Part shown: one piece after another, positions 38,608 through 48,137 of the stretch | Numbering within the stretch: position 1 is the stretch's first letter | Layout: each line of letters starts with the position of its first letter | DNA from: a plasmid | Sequence record: CP089609.1 | Strand: one strand, 5' to 3' | DNA: 64,000 nt | Translations under genes and position numbers: made by a program | Notes under the pieces: model-generated | What the model was told of the DNA's origin: nothing | The model's database searches: none | Seen by the model: the letters and a program-made list of their open reading frames with translations, nothing else

Positions 38608-38730
38608 AACGGTCCCCTCACACGAGCACTGGCCACCCCAGAAACGGCACGCCAGCCGGTGTAGGGTACTCAGCTGTCGTTTCTGTAGTTCGATCTAGTA
38701 CGAATAAGATTTGTTTAGTACGATGATGGC

Positions 38731-39135
38731 GTGGAGAGGCGCTTGACTCGCATCCAGCCTTGCGCGGTGTGTTCTGCAGCGGTTCGCGTTCCTGCTGGTT
38801 CTGATGAGGAGTACGAATTGGTGCTGCCGTCGCAGCCGCCTGCAGTCCGGCGCCGAGGGAACGTTGTCAGGGTGGTTGGCCCATATCCGTGTTACCTGGT
38901 TTGCGATGCCTGCGCGGCAAGGCTTTTGGGGCCGCGCACCGGCGGGAAAGTATCGAACCCGGCGGGAGTGATGGATGCGCTGCGTGAACGCTATGGCGAC
39001 GGCTACGCCTCCTGGATCTCGCCAGGGGCACTGCCGGCCATGCTGGACGACGCGGCCGAGTACCTGAGTAGCAGTGAGGCCCGGGGTGGGGTGGACTTCG
39101 GCACCTGGCAGAAGATGCGCGAGCTTCAGCGGTGA
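38731..39135 (+). CDS. hypothetical protein translationally coupled to tnpA
   Basis: 134-aa ORF; stop overlaps GTG start of tnpA. Confidence 0.4.
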   Translation: MERRLTRIQPCAVCSAAVRVPAGSDEEYELVLPSQPPAVRRRGNVVRVVGPYPCYLVCDACAARLLGPRTGGKVSNPAGVMDALRERYGDGYASWISPGALPAMLDDAAEYLSSSEARGGVDFGTWQKMRELQR

Positions 39136-39722
39136 ATTTGAAGGATTGGGCGCTGGCGCAGGGCATCCACCCGCAGACGGCATACAAGATGTTCCGCGAC
39201 GGAACGTTGCCAGTTCCTGCGCAACGGGTAGGGCCGCGGCTGATCCTGGTGAACCCTGAAGGCGTCGCGGCGACGCCAACCGAGGGCGTTGGGCTCTACG
39301 CCCGGGTCTCCTCACACGACCAGAAGGACGATCTGGCACGGCAGACAGCCAGGCTCAACGCGTGGGCTGTGCAGGCCGGCCATCGTGTTGTCCGCAGTGA
39401 AGCCGAGGTGGGTTCGGGGATGAACGGTGCGCGGGCAAAGGCGCGCCGACTGTTGTCGGACCCCGAGGTTACGGTCGTGGTCGTGGAGCACCGCGACCGG
39501 CTCGGGCGGATGAATACCGAACTTGTGGAGGCGGCGCTGTCGGCGTCCGGTCGTCGTCTGGTGGTGCTCGATGACGGCGAAGTCGACGACGATCTGGTGC
39601 GCGACATCACCGAGGTGCTGACGTCGTTCTGTGCCCGACTGTACGGCCGCCGCTCAGCCAAGAATCGAGCCAAGCGGGCGTTGGAGTGTGCGGCCGGGTC
39701 TGATGGTGGCACGTCGGCGTGA
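39132..39722 (+). CDS. tnpA: IS607-family serine recombinase transposase (MerR-like HTH + resolvase domain)
   Basis: N-terminal HTH; resolvase catalytic region GLYARVSSHDQKDDLARQ. Confidence 0.8.
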   Translation: MNLKDWALAQGIHPQTAYKMFRDGTLPVPAQRVGPRLILVNPEGVAATPTEGVGLYARVSSHDQKDDLARQTARLNAWAVQAGHRVVRSEAEVGSGMNGARAKARRLLSDPEVTVVVVEHRDRLGRMNTELVEAALSASGRRLVVLDDGEVDDDLVRDITEVLTSFCARLYGRRSAKNRAKRALECAAGSDGGTSA

Positions 39723-41310
39723 ATGCTCTGGCACGCAACACGTCCGGGCTGCGGCCGATCGCCGACCCGTTCGTTGTCGCGCCCCGAAAGGTGTGCGGAC
39801 CCGCACCCGGGTCCATCTCACACCGCGGGAAGAGGCGGTGCTCGAACAGATCGGCGTGTTCTTAGGTGAGCAGTACCGGGCCACTTTGGTTGATCGGATC
39901 GCGCTGGGGGCAGCCACGAAGAAAGACCAGGGCGTGTGGCGGCAGGTGCGTAAGCAGGCCCTCACCGCGAGCACGTCATCGCGGTGGGCCGGAGCGATCA
40001 CCCGCACCGCTATCGACTCCTACGACTTGGGCATGCGCGGGCTGAACGCTCACGTCGACTCGTTGACCGCCGCGGTCTCGACCTTGAGCGCCCGGCTAGC
40101 CGTACCTGTGGGTGACACGTCGCGCGAGGCGAATCGTCCCCGCACCAAGCCGGTTCGGGGCTATGCGACCGAGGCAGAGCGGTTTGGCAAGTCGCGCCGC
40201 AAGGCCCACCTAGAAGCGCGTCTGGCGCAAGCCTGGGCCCGTCAGGAGCAGGGGCGGCCCCGCATCGTTGTTGGTGGTGGCCGGTTGTGGCGCAACCGTC
40301 AGAATCTTGGCGAGACGTCGATGACTCTTGCTCAGTGGGAGAAGCGCTGGACTGAGGAGCGGATGTTCCTGACCGCTGATGGGGAGTCCGGCAAGCGTTT
40401 TGGCAACGAGACCATCCGTGTCACCGATGAGGGCGTACTCATGCTCAAGGTGCCCGGAGCCTTGGTGGCCGAGCACGGGACGACCCGGCTCACGATTACC
40501 GCACCGGTATCCCTGAACACCCATCGCGGTGGTGAGTGGGCTGATCGGATCGTCGCCGACCGGGCCGTACGGTACGACCTACACCGCGACCCGCGGGGAC
40601 GCTGGTACCTCGACGCGTCCTGGGGCTACGCCCAGGCCCCCGCCGTGCCGTTGGCCTCGCTGCGCACCCAGCGCACGCTCGGCGTGGATCTCAACGACGG
40701 GCACATCGATGTCGCCGTGGTTGATCCACACGGCAACGTCATCGGCATTCCCCAGCGGCTGGAGTTCACCCTCACCGGTGGCACCGCCCGCCGCGACGCC
40801 CAAGTCCGCCACGTCATCACTCGCCTGATCCGCCTGGCCACCGAGCATGGCTGCGCATCGATCAGCATCGAGAACCTCGGATTCGACGAGGCCCGCAACA
40901 CTGGCCGGGAAACCATGGGCCGCGGCCGGCGAGGCAAACGGTTCCGCCGCACCGTCGCGGGCATTCCGACCGCCACATTTCGCAATCGGCTCGCCGCGAT
41001 GGCGGCCACCGCTGGGCTGTCGGTGATCGCTGTCGACCCTGCCTACACCTCCCGATGGGGACGCCAGCATTGGCTACCCGCACTGCAGACTTCCGACCCG
41101 ACCATCGACGGCCACCGCGCCGCCGCGGTTGTGATCGGCAGGAGAAGCCTCGGCCACCGCGCCCGGCGCAAGCCTGTCGGACCCGTCACGCGACAGAGGA
41201 CGCGCGACGGCCAGCCGGCCAGGCCAGCCACACGGCGACCGACGCCTTCTCGCTCGCGTGTCACCGCAACGCCGAAGGCGCACGACGCCGCAGGCCCACC
41301 GGACCGATAG
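39703..41310 (+). CDS. tnpB: TnpB (OrfB) RuvC-like RNA-guided nuclease family protein
   Basis: RuvC-I LGVDLNDGHIDVAVV, RuvC-III VIAVDPAYTSRW, Arg-rich zinc-finger region; overlaps tnpA. Confidence 0.8.
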   Translation: MVARRRECSGTQHVRAAADRRPVRCRAPKGVRTRTRVHLTPREEAVLEQIGVFLGEQYRATLVDRIALGAATKKDQGVWRQVRKQALTASTSSRWAGAITRTAIDSYDLGMRGLNAHVDSLTAAVSTLSARLAVPVGDTSREANRPRTKPVRGYATEAERFGKSRRKAHLEARLAQAWARQEQGRPRIVVGGGRLWRNRQNLGETSMTLAQWEKRWTEERMFLTADGESGKRFGNETIRVTDEGVLMLKVPGALVAEHGTTRLTITAPVSLNTHRGGEWADRIVADRAVRYDLHRDPRGRWYLDASWGYAQAPAVPLASLRTQRTLGVDLNDGHIDVAVVDPHGNVIGIPQRLEFTLTGGTARRDAQVRHVITRLIRLATEHGCASISIENLGFDEARNTGRETMGRGRRGKRFRRTVAGIPTATFRNRLAAMAATAGLSVIAVDPAYTSRWGRQHWLPALQTSDPTIDGHRAAAVVIGRRSLGHRARRKPVGPVTRQRTRDGQPARPATRRPTPSRSRVTATPKAHDAAGPPDR

Positions 41311-41433
41311 AACACACGCCAGCGTCGCCAACACCGTTCGGGCGGCAGAGCACCCGGAGACGAGCCCCAAACTCACTCCCGCTCACTCAACAGGAACGGT
41401 CATGTCCCAGATGCAGCCGCGGCTGTTCGTGAA

Positions 41434-41468
41434 GAGGCCTCCCGCCGGCGGGGGGCCTCCTTGTTTTC
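41434..41468 (+). terminator. Rho-independent terminator (GAGGCCTCCCGCC/GGCGGGGGGCCTC + CTTGTTTTC)
   Basis: 13-bp GC-rich stem followed by T-tract; lies between tnpB and convergent 41467..41922 gene. Confidence 0.45.
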
Positions 41469-41922
41469 AATCCCAGTACGGTGTGCCCAGCACGTCGGGC
41501 CGGCGGCCTTGCGCGCGGGCCACGTACTCGCGGCGGTAGAGGGAACTTGCCGGAATGTCGAGGCCTTGGAAGTGCGCGGGCCGGTCCAGTCCGAACAGTT
41601 CACCGAGCTCCGCGCAGTCCTCATCGCTCATTTCGTCGTATTCGCCTCGCCGCGCGGGTGGGGCGACGATCTTGATCCATCCCCAGGTGGTGCCGCGGCC
41701 GCCGCGCACGCTCCAGCGCTTGGTGCTGCGTTGCTTGAGGGCCGCACGAATCTTGGTGATCGCTTCGTCGCGGTCCAGCGACTGCACCGACACAGCTGGC
41801 GGCTGCGCGGCGCCCTGGGGCGGATCCTGGTCGGCCGGGTTGGGCACCAGCGACAGGTGGCGGCGGGTCGGCACGGTCAGCACCCCTTCTCCCAGCTCAC
41901 GCGTATACGTTTCGAACAGCAC
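41467..41922 (-). CDS. hypothetical protein
   Basis: 151-aa ORF; operator copy 8 lies 5 bp upstream of its start. Confidence 0.5.
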   Translation of the reverse strand: MLFETYTRELGEGVLTVPTRRHLSLVPNPADQDPPQGAAQPPAVSVQSLDRDEAITKIRAALKQRSTKRWSVRGGRGTTWGWIKIVAPPARRGEYDEMSDEDCAELGELFGLDRPAHFQGLDIPASSLYRREYVARAQGRRPDVLGTPYWD

Positions 41923-41926
41923 ACAC

Positions 41927-41950
41927 TATACGCCTTACTCGGTGTATAAA
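41927..41950. promoter_or_regulatory. palindromic operator copy 8 (TATACGCCttactcGGTGTATAAA)
   Basis: one arm mismatch. Confidence 0.45.
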
Positions 41951-41996
41951 TTCAGATCGGCCTCCTTTCACCCGACGTCCGACGATAGCGCGCTCC

Positions 41997-42019
41997 TATA
42001 CGCCGCCGTGGGTGTATTG
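41997..42019. promoter_or_regulatory. palindromic operator copy 9 (TATACGCCgccgtgGGTGTATTG)
   Basis: 9 bp upstream of 42028 gene. Confidence 0.45.
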
Positions 42020-42027
42020 TGTTGTGC

Positions 42028-42327
42028 ATGAGCCCCGCCGTTTTCCTCATCTGTGGGATAGCCATCGCCGCAATCAGCCTTCTGTCGGACCGCAAATTCG
42101 ACACCTTCCTCGGGATGATCGCCGGTGCCATCGGGGTCCTTCTGGGAAGCGCAGTCACCCTTTATGGCACGTACCAGCTGGCCACGCCGCTCGGGCGGGT
42201 AGTGCTGATCACCGTCACGCTGGCCGGCCTGATCTGGATCAGTTACCACGTCGTCACCTACTGCCTCGACGGGAAACGGGCTTCCACCGGGATGCACGCC
42301 GCCGCCCGACCCGGCACCCATGGCTGA
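42028..42327 (+). CDS. small membrane protein
   Basis: 3 hydrophobic helices. Confidence 0.45.
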   Translation: MSPAVFLICGIAIAAISLLSDRKFDTFLGMIAGAIGVLLGSAVTLYGTYQLATPLGRVVLITVTLAGLIWISYHVVTYCLDGKRASTGMHAAARPGTHG

Positions 42328-43105
42328 TAAGACACCCGACGCTGGGAGCCGCCCGGAGCAAAACGTCGTCGATCGGATCGGAGCGCTGATCGACGAGCAG
42401 CTCGCCGCCGGCGAGATGATTCCGCTTGAGGTCGACGACTTGTACTGCGGCTGCGGCGACGTGTGGCACGGACTCCCCCGCAATGGATGCCCGGGTACGC
42501 CCGTCGCCGGCGAGCACTCGTGCGTAGCTCGGCAGCGCGCCGGCGACACGACCGGCCCGATCATCGCTGTCAATCTGACGTCCGGCTGCGTTGAACCGGT
42601 CCACCTCGACATGGTGGGCAACACCGCTCGTCAGGAACCGGCGATTCTTCCTTGGTTATCACCGCAGCACCGCCAGGGGGACCTGGTGGATCCTGCCGAT
42701 GCCGAAATTCCTGATATCGGGCACGCCAGCCCAAGTTCACTCATCGACCAGGTCCACGTCGAGCTTCCGGCGCGGATTCTTGACTGCGTCACCAGCCGAT
42801 TCAGCATCTACCAGCGATTCCACGGGCCCGGGGAGCGCTATGGCGCGTTGTTGGAATACTTCAGCGAACAGACGGTTGAGGCGGCTCGCAGAAATGCGGT
42901 CCTGATTGCCACTCGTGACGGCTGGCGTATGACGTTCCGACCGGACGGTGTTGTCGACGTTGTGCACAAGCCTCCGACCATCGAGGAGCTGCTCGGACCT
43001 CTGCTGGATGACCCGCGGTTCTCCGCGGCAGCAGCTCATTACCGCGACGTTCTTGGCCGCGTGCCGGGGCAGCGCTGGCGATTTCTCATCGGGGGCAATG
43101 CTTGA
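42320..43105 (+). CDS. hypothetical protein
   Basis: 261-aa ORF. Confidence 0.5.
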   Translation: MADKTPDAGSRPEQNVVDRIGALIDEQLAAGEMIPLEVDDLYCGCGDVWHGLPRNGCPGTPVAGEHSCVARQRAGDTTGPIIAVNLTSGCVEPVHLDMVGNTARQEPAILPWLSPQHRQGDLVDPADAEIPDIGHASPSSLIDQVHVELPARILDCVTSRFSIYQRFHGPGERYGALLEYFSEQTVEAARRNAVLIATRDGWRMTFRPDGVVDVVHKPPTIEELLGPLLDDPRFSAAAAHYRDVLGRVPGQRWRFLIGGNA

Positions 43106-43281
43106 ACCGGGGCCTACAGTCCGATTGTCCGCTGAGGCAGTTGAGCGCAACAGCGACAGTGGGTCACCACGGACTCGAGCACTGAAGGCTCACCGTATGA
43201 CGCGAGCGCCAGCGGGCAGGCCGAGCCAGCCGATGTGTCGCAGTGCGCCTCAACGCGAGCTTCACCGTGCATGTGTTCGGG

Positions 43282-44088
43282 CTACGGGGCGACCTCGCGG
43301 GCTGAGCTCGCGTTTTGTGCGTCGGCATGCAGTCGCTTGTTTGCCGCGTCGGCCGTCTCGCTGTCCCGTGTGATCAGTCGGACCAGTTGAGCGCGCGCTT
43401 CGGGATTGAACGGCTCGTCGTGCAAGTCGTCGCAAGCGATCTTGACCTGGCGGGTGAATCCGTGCACCAGCGCGAGGTCGTCGGCGACGGTCGGCGATGG
43501 GGCGCACGCCCGGGCCCGCTGCTGGCTTCTCGCTGCTGTGGATCTGCTTGGCGTATTACGGATCATCGAATGCTCTTTTCCCTCAGCGGCATTCATCAGC
43601 AGCAAGGCGAACAGGTCAGCCTCATGTTCCTGTTCATCACCGTAGTCGCGGCTGTCGAGGACCGTGTTCAGCAATTCTGGAGCGAAGTCGGGCAGTCTGC
43701 GACGCCACGCTGATTCAGCGCGCGCGCCGCGGGCTTGCGTCCGAGCGCCGCTGTGGTGTCCCAGGACCATGTGCCCAATTTGGTGGCATACGACCTGGTC
43801 GATGCGGAATTCCGAGGCGCCCCGTTCGTGCAAGATCACATCGTCGTGTTCTCGCGCGAGCCACAGGCCGCATTGGCTGTCGGCCAAGTACACGGTTTCG
43901 GTTGCGATCAGCGTGATGGGCCGGCCCCGCATGTCAGCGATGCCTTGCACGAAAACTCCTCGCTCCCACGGCCTGGGTATCGGGAGTGTGCGTACCAAAT
44001 CGAGCATGTCCATGTCAGACAACACCACTGACGTCTCCCCACTGGCGCGTCCAAGATCCCTTCGCCGCCTTCGTGGTCCACGGGCCAA
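43282..44088 (-). CDS. hypothetical protein with HxxGH motif (HQIGHMVLGHH), possible ImmA/IrrE-like metallopeptidase relative
   Basis: motif resembles HExxH but with Q for E; weak assignment. Confidence 0.35.
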   Translation of the reverse strand: MARGPRRRRRDLGRASGETSVVLSDMDMLDLVRTLPIPRPWERGVFVQGIADMRGRPITLIATETVYLADSQCGLWLAREHDDVILHERGASEFRIDQVVCHQIGHMVLGHHSGARTQARGARAESAWRRRLPDFAPELLNTVLDSRDYGDEQEHEADLFALLLMNAAEGKEHSMIRNTPSRSTAARSQQRARACAPSPTVADDLALVHGFTRQVKIACDDLHDEPFNPEARAQLVRLITRDSETADAANKRLHADAQNASSAREVAP

Positions 44089-44162
44089 CTCGGCTCTGGT
44101 TACACCACGGTCTCTTCCAAGCCTCGTGTGCTGCGATCGGGATCTGAATCATGGCGCCCTCC

Positions 44163-44951
44163 TTAGACGGTGGTGCTGGACATCGATCGGTTCTTGATGT
44201 GCGCGGAGACGATGAACAGGGTCAGGGCACCGAAGAACGGCCCTGTCATGAGGCCGTCGATCCAGTTTTGGGTTCGTTCGGCGGTCATGAGTCCGTCGGC
44301 CACGGCGTGTTCGCAGACGTCGCGGAAGCCGAGAATTTTGTCGGCTTCGATTGCGTCGGTCCAGTGCGCCGTCACGGGATAGATCGAGTCGACGCTGAGT
44401 CCGGCCTCGTCGAGCAGCCGCGGCAAGGCCCTGCCGATCGTGGCATTGCGGATGACTTGCGCGACGACATGTCGGGTGTAGGAGTTGCTGAAGGCGGTGT
44501 CGGGGTGATCGATGACTAGCGTTGCCCAGTCCGGTTCGACGCAGACGATGCGGCCTTCGGATTTCAGGGTCCGGGCGGCTTCGGCGAGCACGGTGGGCGG
44601 CGTATGCACGTGTTGAAGGACGCGGTCGATGTGGACGCGGTCCACCGTGCCGGCTTCCAGGGGCAGCTGGTGGATGTCGGCCTGGACGGTCGACACCGTG
44701 GGTAGGTGGTTCGTGGAGTTCCCAGCATGGTTCAGAAGGGACTGGTCCTCGTCGATGCCGATCACTTTCCCGGTGCGGCCGGCGGCATCGGCGTAGGCGC
44801 GCAGATCCACTCCGGCGCCGCATCCGAGATCGACCACCACGTCTCCCTGTCGGATATCGAGTAGGGATTTCGCAAAGGCTTTGTAGCTTTTGCCTGTGGC
44901 CGAGTTGGCGATGTTTCGGAGGTAGTCACTGGGGGCGCCACGTCCAACCAT
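44163..44951 (-). CDS. class I SAM-dependent methyltransferase
   Basis: motif I VVDLGCGAGVD; type-11 MTase layout. Confidence 0.65.
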   Translation of the reverse strand: MVGRGAPSDYLRNIANSATGKSYKAFAKSLLDIRQGDVVVDLGCGAGVDLRAYADAAGRTGKVIGIDEDQSLLNHAGNSTNHLPTVSTVQADIHQLPLEAGTVDRVHIDRVLQHVHTPPTVLAEAARTLKSEGRIVCVEPDWATLVIDHPDTAFSNSYTRHVVAQVIRNATIGRALPRLLDEAGLSVDSIYPVTAHWTDAIEADKILGFRDVCEHAVADGLMTAERTQNWIDGLMTGPFFGALTLFIVSAHIKNRSMSSTTV

Positions 44952-45064
44952 GGCCGGAACTGCGGTGGTTCCGTCAATGTCATCGTGCGCCTTTCATCTG
45001 AAGGGGTAGAGCTGGTTTTTCTTCTGCAGCGCATGATGATTCGGTGGTCGTCATCAGGGCCATG

Positions 45065-45864
45065 TCATTGCGGGTGGGCATGATCGTCACCGCCCCGAGT
45101 GCTTAATTGGTTCGCGCATCGGTGCTGCCGTCCTGCTCGGGAATTTCCGAGGGGGGGTGTGTCGATCAGATACTTCTGGAAGAAGGCGAAGGTTCGCTGC
45201 CAGGCGTCCTCGGCTTCGGGTGCCGAATAGGCGAATCCGGCAAGGGTTTCGACGATGGTGAACGGTGCGGGGATGCCCGACTTGTTCATGAAGCTGTGCC
45301 CGACGTTCGGGTATTCCTTGATGTCGCGATCGACGGAGCCTTTGGCCAGGACGGCCTCCAGCGCGCTGGCCGAGCCCTGTTTGACGATGCGGTCCTTGGC
45401 GCCGTAGCTGGCTACGACAGGGCATGAACGGGCTAGTGCATCAATGTTTTTGGGAGCCAGTCCGTATTGGGCTGCGGCCACGTCGAAGAGTCCTCGTGGC
45501 GAGAGTTGAAGGACGAAGCCGGCGCCCATGCAGAATCCGATCAGCCCGATCCGGCCGTTGCACCGGGGGTCGTCGAGCAGGTGGTTGCGCGCGGCGGTGA
45601 TGTCGTCGTAGGCATTGCCGTCATCGGCGAAGTGGGACCGAATGGTGGTGATCATGCACCTGGGTTTGAACCCTCGCCCGTACAGGTCGGGGCCAGAGCG
45701 AGATACCCTTCGCCGGCGAGGCGGTCGCTGATGCGCCGCAGATCCGCTGTCATTCCCCGCACGTCCTGGACGACCACGACGCCGGGCCAGGGCCCATCGC
45801 CTGAGGGTGTTGCCAGATACCCCGGCAAAGCGCCCGCCGGGGCCATGTAGGTGATGTTCGGCAT
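45065..45864 (-). CDS. dienelactone hydrolase-family alpha/beta hydrolase; apparent -1 frameshift in GGGG run 45689-45692
   Basis: N-terminal MPNITYMAPAG...LALAP in one frame, DLYGRGF...GFCMGAGF nucleophile motif...HSF in the other. Confidence 0.6.
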
Positions 45865-46042
45865 TGCGTCGTCCCGTCTGCTCGGTGTGCAACTCAGCTT
45901 TCGGAGCCAGCGGCCGAGTCGTATCCCGCGGTTTCGCTCGATCTGCCCGATCTTCGGGCCCCAAAGCCGCCGGCATTCTCCAACTGTAGAACATACTACT
46001 CCACTTGGAGAGGTTTCTTCGCGTGTTGTATTATCGACCGCT

Positions 46043-46693
46043 ATGGAAGGCTCGGTTTTCCTCCAACAACCGGCCCCGGTCGAGTTGTCCACGGCAGACC
46101 GAATTCGCGATGCCGCGATACATTGCTTTGCCACACAAGGCATCAGCGCAACCACCATGCGCGCCATCGCTCAAGCCGCCGGAGTAGCACACGGCCTGCC
46201 ACAACACCACTTCGGCAACAAAGCCGGCCTGATCGCGGCCATCGACGACCACGTGCTGCGCGTCTTCAGCCAAGCCCTCGAATCCAACCCACTACCGGTG
46301 CCAACAGAGCCGACCGACGACTTCAGATCCCTCGGCGGCCGATTCTCCAAGCTCATCCACGACCACCCCGACGTCGTCGACTACGTGGGCCGCGCACTCG
46401 GCGAAGGCAACAACATCGGCGCCGTAATCTTCGACGGACTGCTCAAGATCAGCGCCAGACAGCGCGACACCTTCACCGCTGCCGGACTCACCAGGCCTGA
46501 CCTCGATCCGGACTATGCCGCCCTCAACCCGCTGATACTGCGCCTAGGCGCGATCATGCTGCGCCCCCACATCGCCCGCCACATCGACGGCGCGTTAACC
46601 ACACCCGCCGAGCTGCAACGCTGGGACGCCAGCGTCACAGCGCTAATTCGCCACGGCCAGTTCACATCCGACCCAGCAGAACACAGCAGCTAG
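46043..46693 (+). CDS. TetR-family transcriptional regulator
   Basis: HTH RIRDAAIHCFATQGISATTMRAIAQAAGVAHGLPQHHFGNKAGL; divergent from hydrolase gene. Confidence 0.75.
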   Translation: MEGSVFLQQPAPVELSTADRIRDAAIHCFATQGISATTMRAIAQAAGVAHGLPQHHFGNKAGLIAAIDDHVLRVFSQALESNPLPVPTEPTDDFRSLGGRFSKLIHDHPDVVDYVGRALGEGNNIGAVIFDGLLKISARQRDTFTAAGLTRPDLDPDYAALNPLILRLGAIMLRPHIARHIDGALTTPAELQRWDASVTALIRHGQFTSDPAEHSS

Positions 46694-48063
46694 CGACGTG
46701 TGACGCGGGCCGGGATCGGCCCACCCGGCACCATCGTGAACGGCACCGCCAGCGGGAAATCGTCCTCCAGCGAGGACAGCTTCACCCGACGCACAATCGA
46801 GGCCAACGCCAGCGTCGCCTCCAGCATGGCGAAGTGATCACCAATGCACGACCGGGGCCCGCCACCGAACGGCACGTACTGCCAACGATCCAGCTTCTTC
46901 ATGTTCTCCGGGGTGAATCGCTCAGGATCGAACCGCAGCGGGTCCTCCCACAGCGTCGGGTCACGTTGCACCGACATGCGGCCGAACACCAACATGGTGC
47001 CCGCCTCAACCCGGTATCCATCGACCTCCACGTCCTCGATCGCCATCCGCGTCCCCGTCGGCCCCGGCGGGCACAACCTCAAGGCCTCCCGAAGAACCTG
47101 GACGGTGTATCCGAGCTGCTCAACATCGCCCGGCGTCAGTAACCGATCGCCGATCTGGGCGACTTCGGCGTGCACGCGTTCCTGGACTTCGGATTGGCGC
47201 CCCAACTGCCACAACGCATAGGTCAGCGTCGTGGCCGTTGTGTCATGGCCGGCGAACAGGAAGATCACCAGCTCATCGCGAATCTCGTCATCAGTGAGCG
47301 GTTGCTTGGTCTCCGGGTCACGCGCGGCGATCAACGCCTGTACCAGCGGCGCATCCAGGTCGGGATCGGCACGGCACGCGCGCACAATGTCGGCGGCCAG
47401 CCCCCGAATCGTCGCTGCTGCTTCCAGGGATCGCCGCCGCGTCGGCGTCGGCAACCACGCCGGGGCGTGCAGTGGTTTCAACGCCCGGCGCACCGCGTAA
47501 CTGGTCGCCACCCGCAGCGGCTCGGCCACCACATCGGCCCGCTCATCCAGATCAAGGCCCAGCACCGAGCGGCCCAACGCACGCATCGTCAACTGACGCG
47601 CTTCGGCGTCCAGGCTGATCTGCGCGCCGTCGATCCACGCCGACACCACCATCTCTGTGGCCTCAGCCATATGGGCGCCGAAAGAATCCACCCGCTTCTT
47701 GGTGAAAACCGGTTGCAGTGTGCGCCGACGTGGTAGCCATTCCTCATGCGGCAACACAAATAGATTCCCGCCGAGCAAACGCCGAAGCTCTCGCCCCACT
47801 CCGCTGGTCTTGTCGATCGAGCCGTCGCGGACACTGACGATGTCGCGGATACCTTGAGGTGAGGTGGCTAAAACGATCGGTGGCATCAGCCAACGCGGGC
47901 CGAGGCTGAACCGGGTGACGGGGCCACCGGCGTCCCGAAGAATGTCGGTGCCGGTGTGAAAGTTCCGCAAAGCGTCACGTCGTTGCTTGTACGGCAGCGG
48001 ATTAATCGGAGCCAGCGGAAGATCCGCGACAGTTTGCTTACGCGCAGTCTCGGTCACGCGCAC
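46690..48063 (-). CDS. cytochrome P450
   Basis: heme-binding signature FGGGPRSCIGDHFA; ExxR present. Confidence 0.85.
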   Translation of the reverse strand: MRVTETARKQTVADLPLAPINPLPYKQRRDALRNFHTGTDILRDAGGPVTRFSLGPRWLMPPIVLATSPQGIRDIVSVRDGSIDKTSGVGRELRRLLGGNLFVLPHEEWLPRRRTLQPVFTKKRVDSFGAHMAEATEMVVSAWIDGAQISLDAEARQLTMRALGRSVLGLDLDERADVVAEPLRVATSYAVRRALKPLHAPAWLPTPTRRRSLEAAATIRGLAADIVRACRADPDLDAPLVQALIAARDPETKQPLTDDEIRDELVIFLFAGHDTTATTLTYALWQLGRQSEVQERVHAEVAQIGDRLLTPGDVEQLGYTVQVLREALRLCPPGPTGTRMAIEDVEVDGYRVEAGTMLVFGRMSVQRDPTLWEDPLRFDPERFTPENMKKLDRWQYVPFGGGPRSCIGDHFAMLEATLALASIVRRVKLSSLEDDFPLAVPFTMVPGGPIPARVTRR

Positions 48064-48137
48064 ACCTCCCTTGCGTCGGACATAGTCTACGACCGAGGCC
48101 TTCGGCGCCCCGGTGCCGAATCAGTGAAGGAACACCC

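Larger units (their letters stand above)
38690..41340 (+). mobile_element. IS607-family insertion sequence (tnpA serine recombinase + tnpB), ends not defined
   Basis: AT-rich TAGTACGA direct repeats at 38696-38724; overlapping tnpA/tnpB; family typically lacks terminal IRs. Confidence 0.5.

Noticed and set aside
45652-46167. ORF 45652..46167(-) as a separate 171-aa protein
   Set aside because: Only its last ~70 codons (MPNITYMAPAG...LALAP) are real. They are the N-terminus of the dienelactone hydrolase, separated from the rest by a homopolymer indel. The upstream part is antisense to the TetR promoter region.
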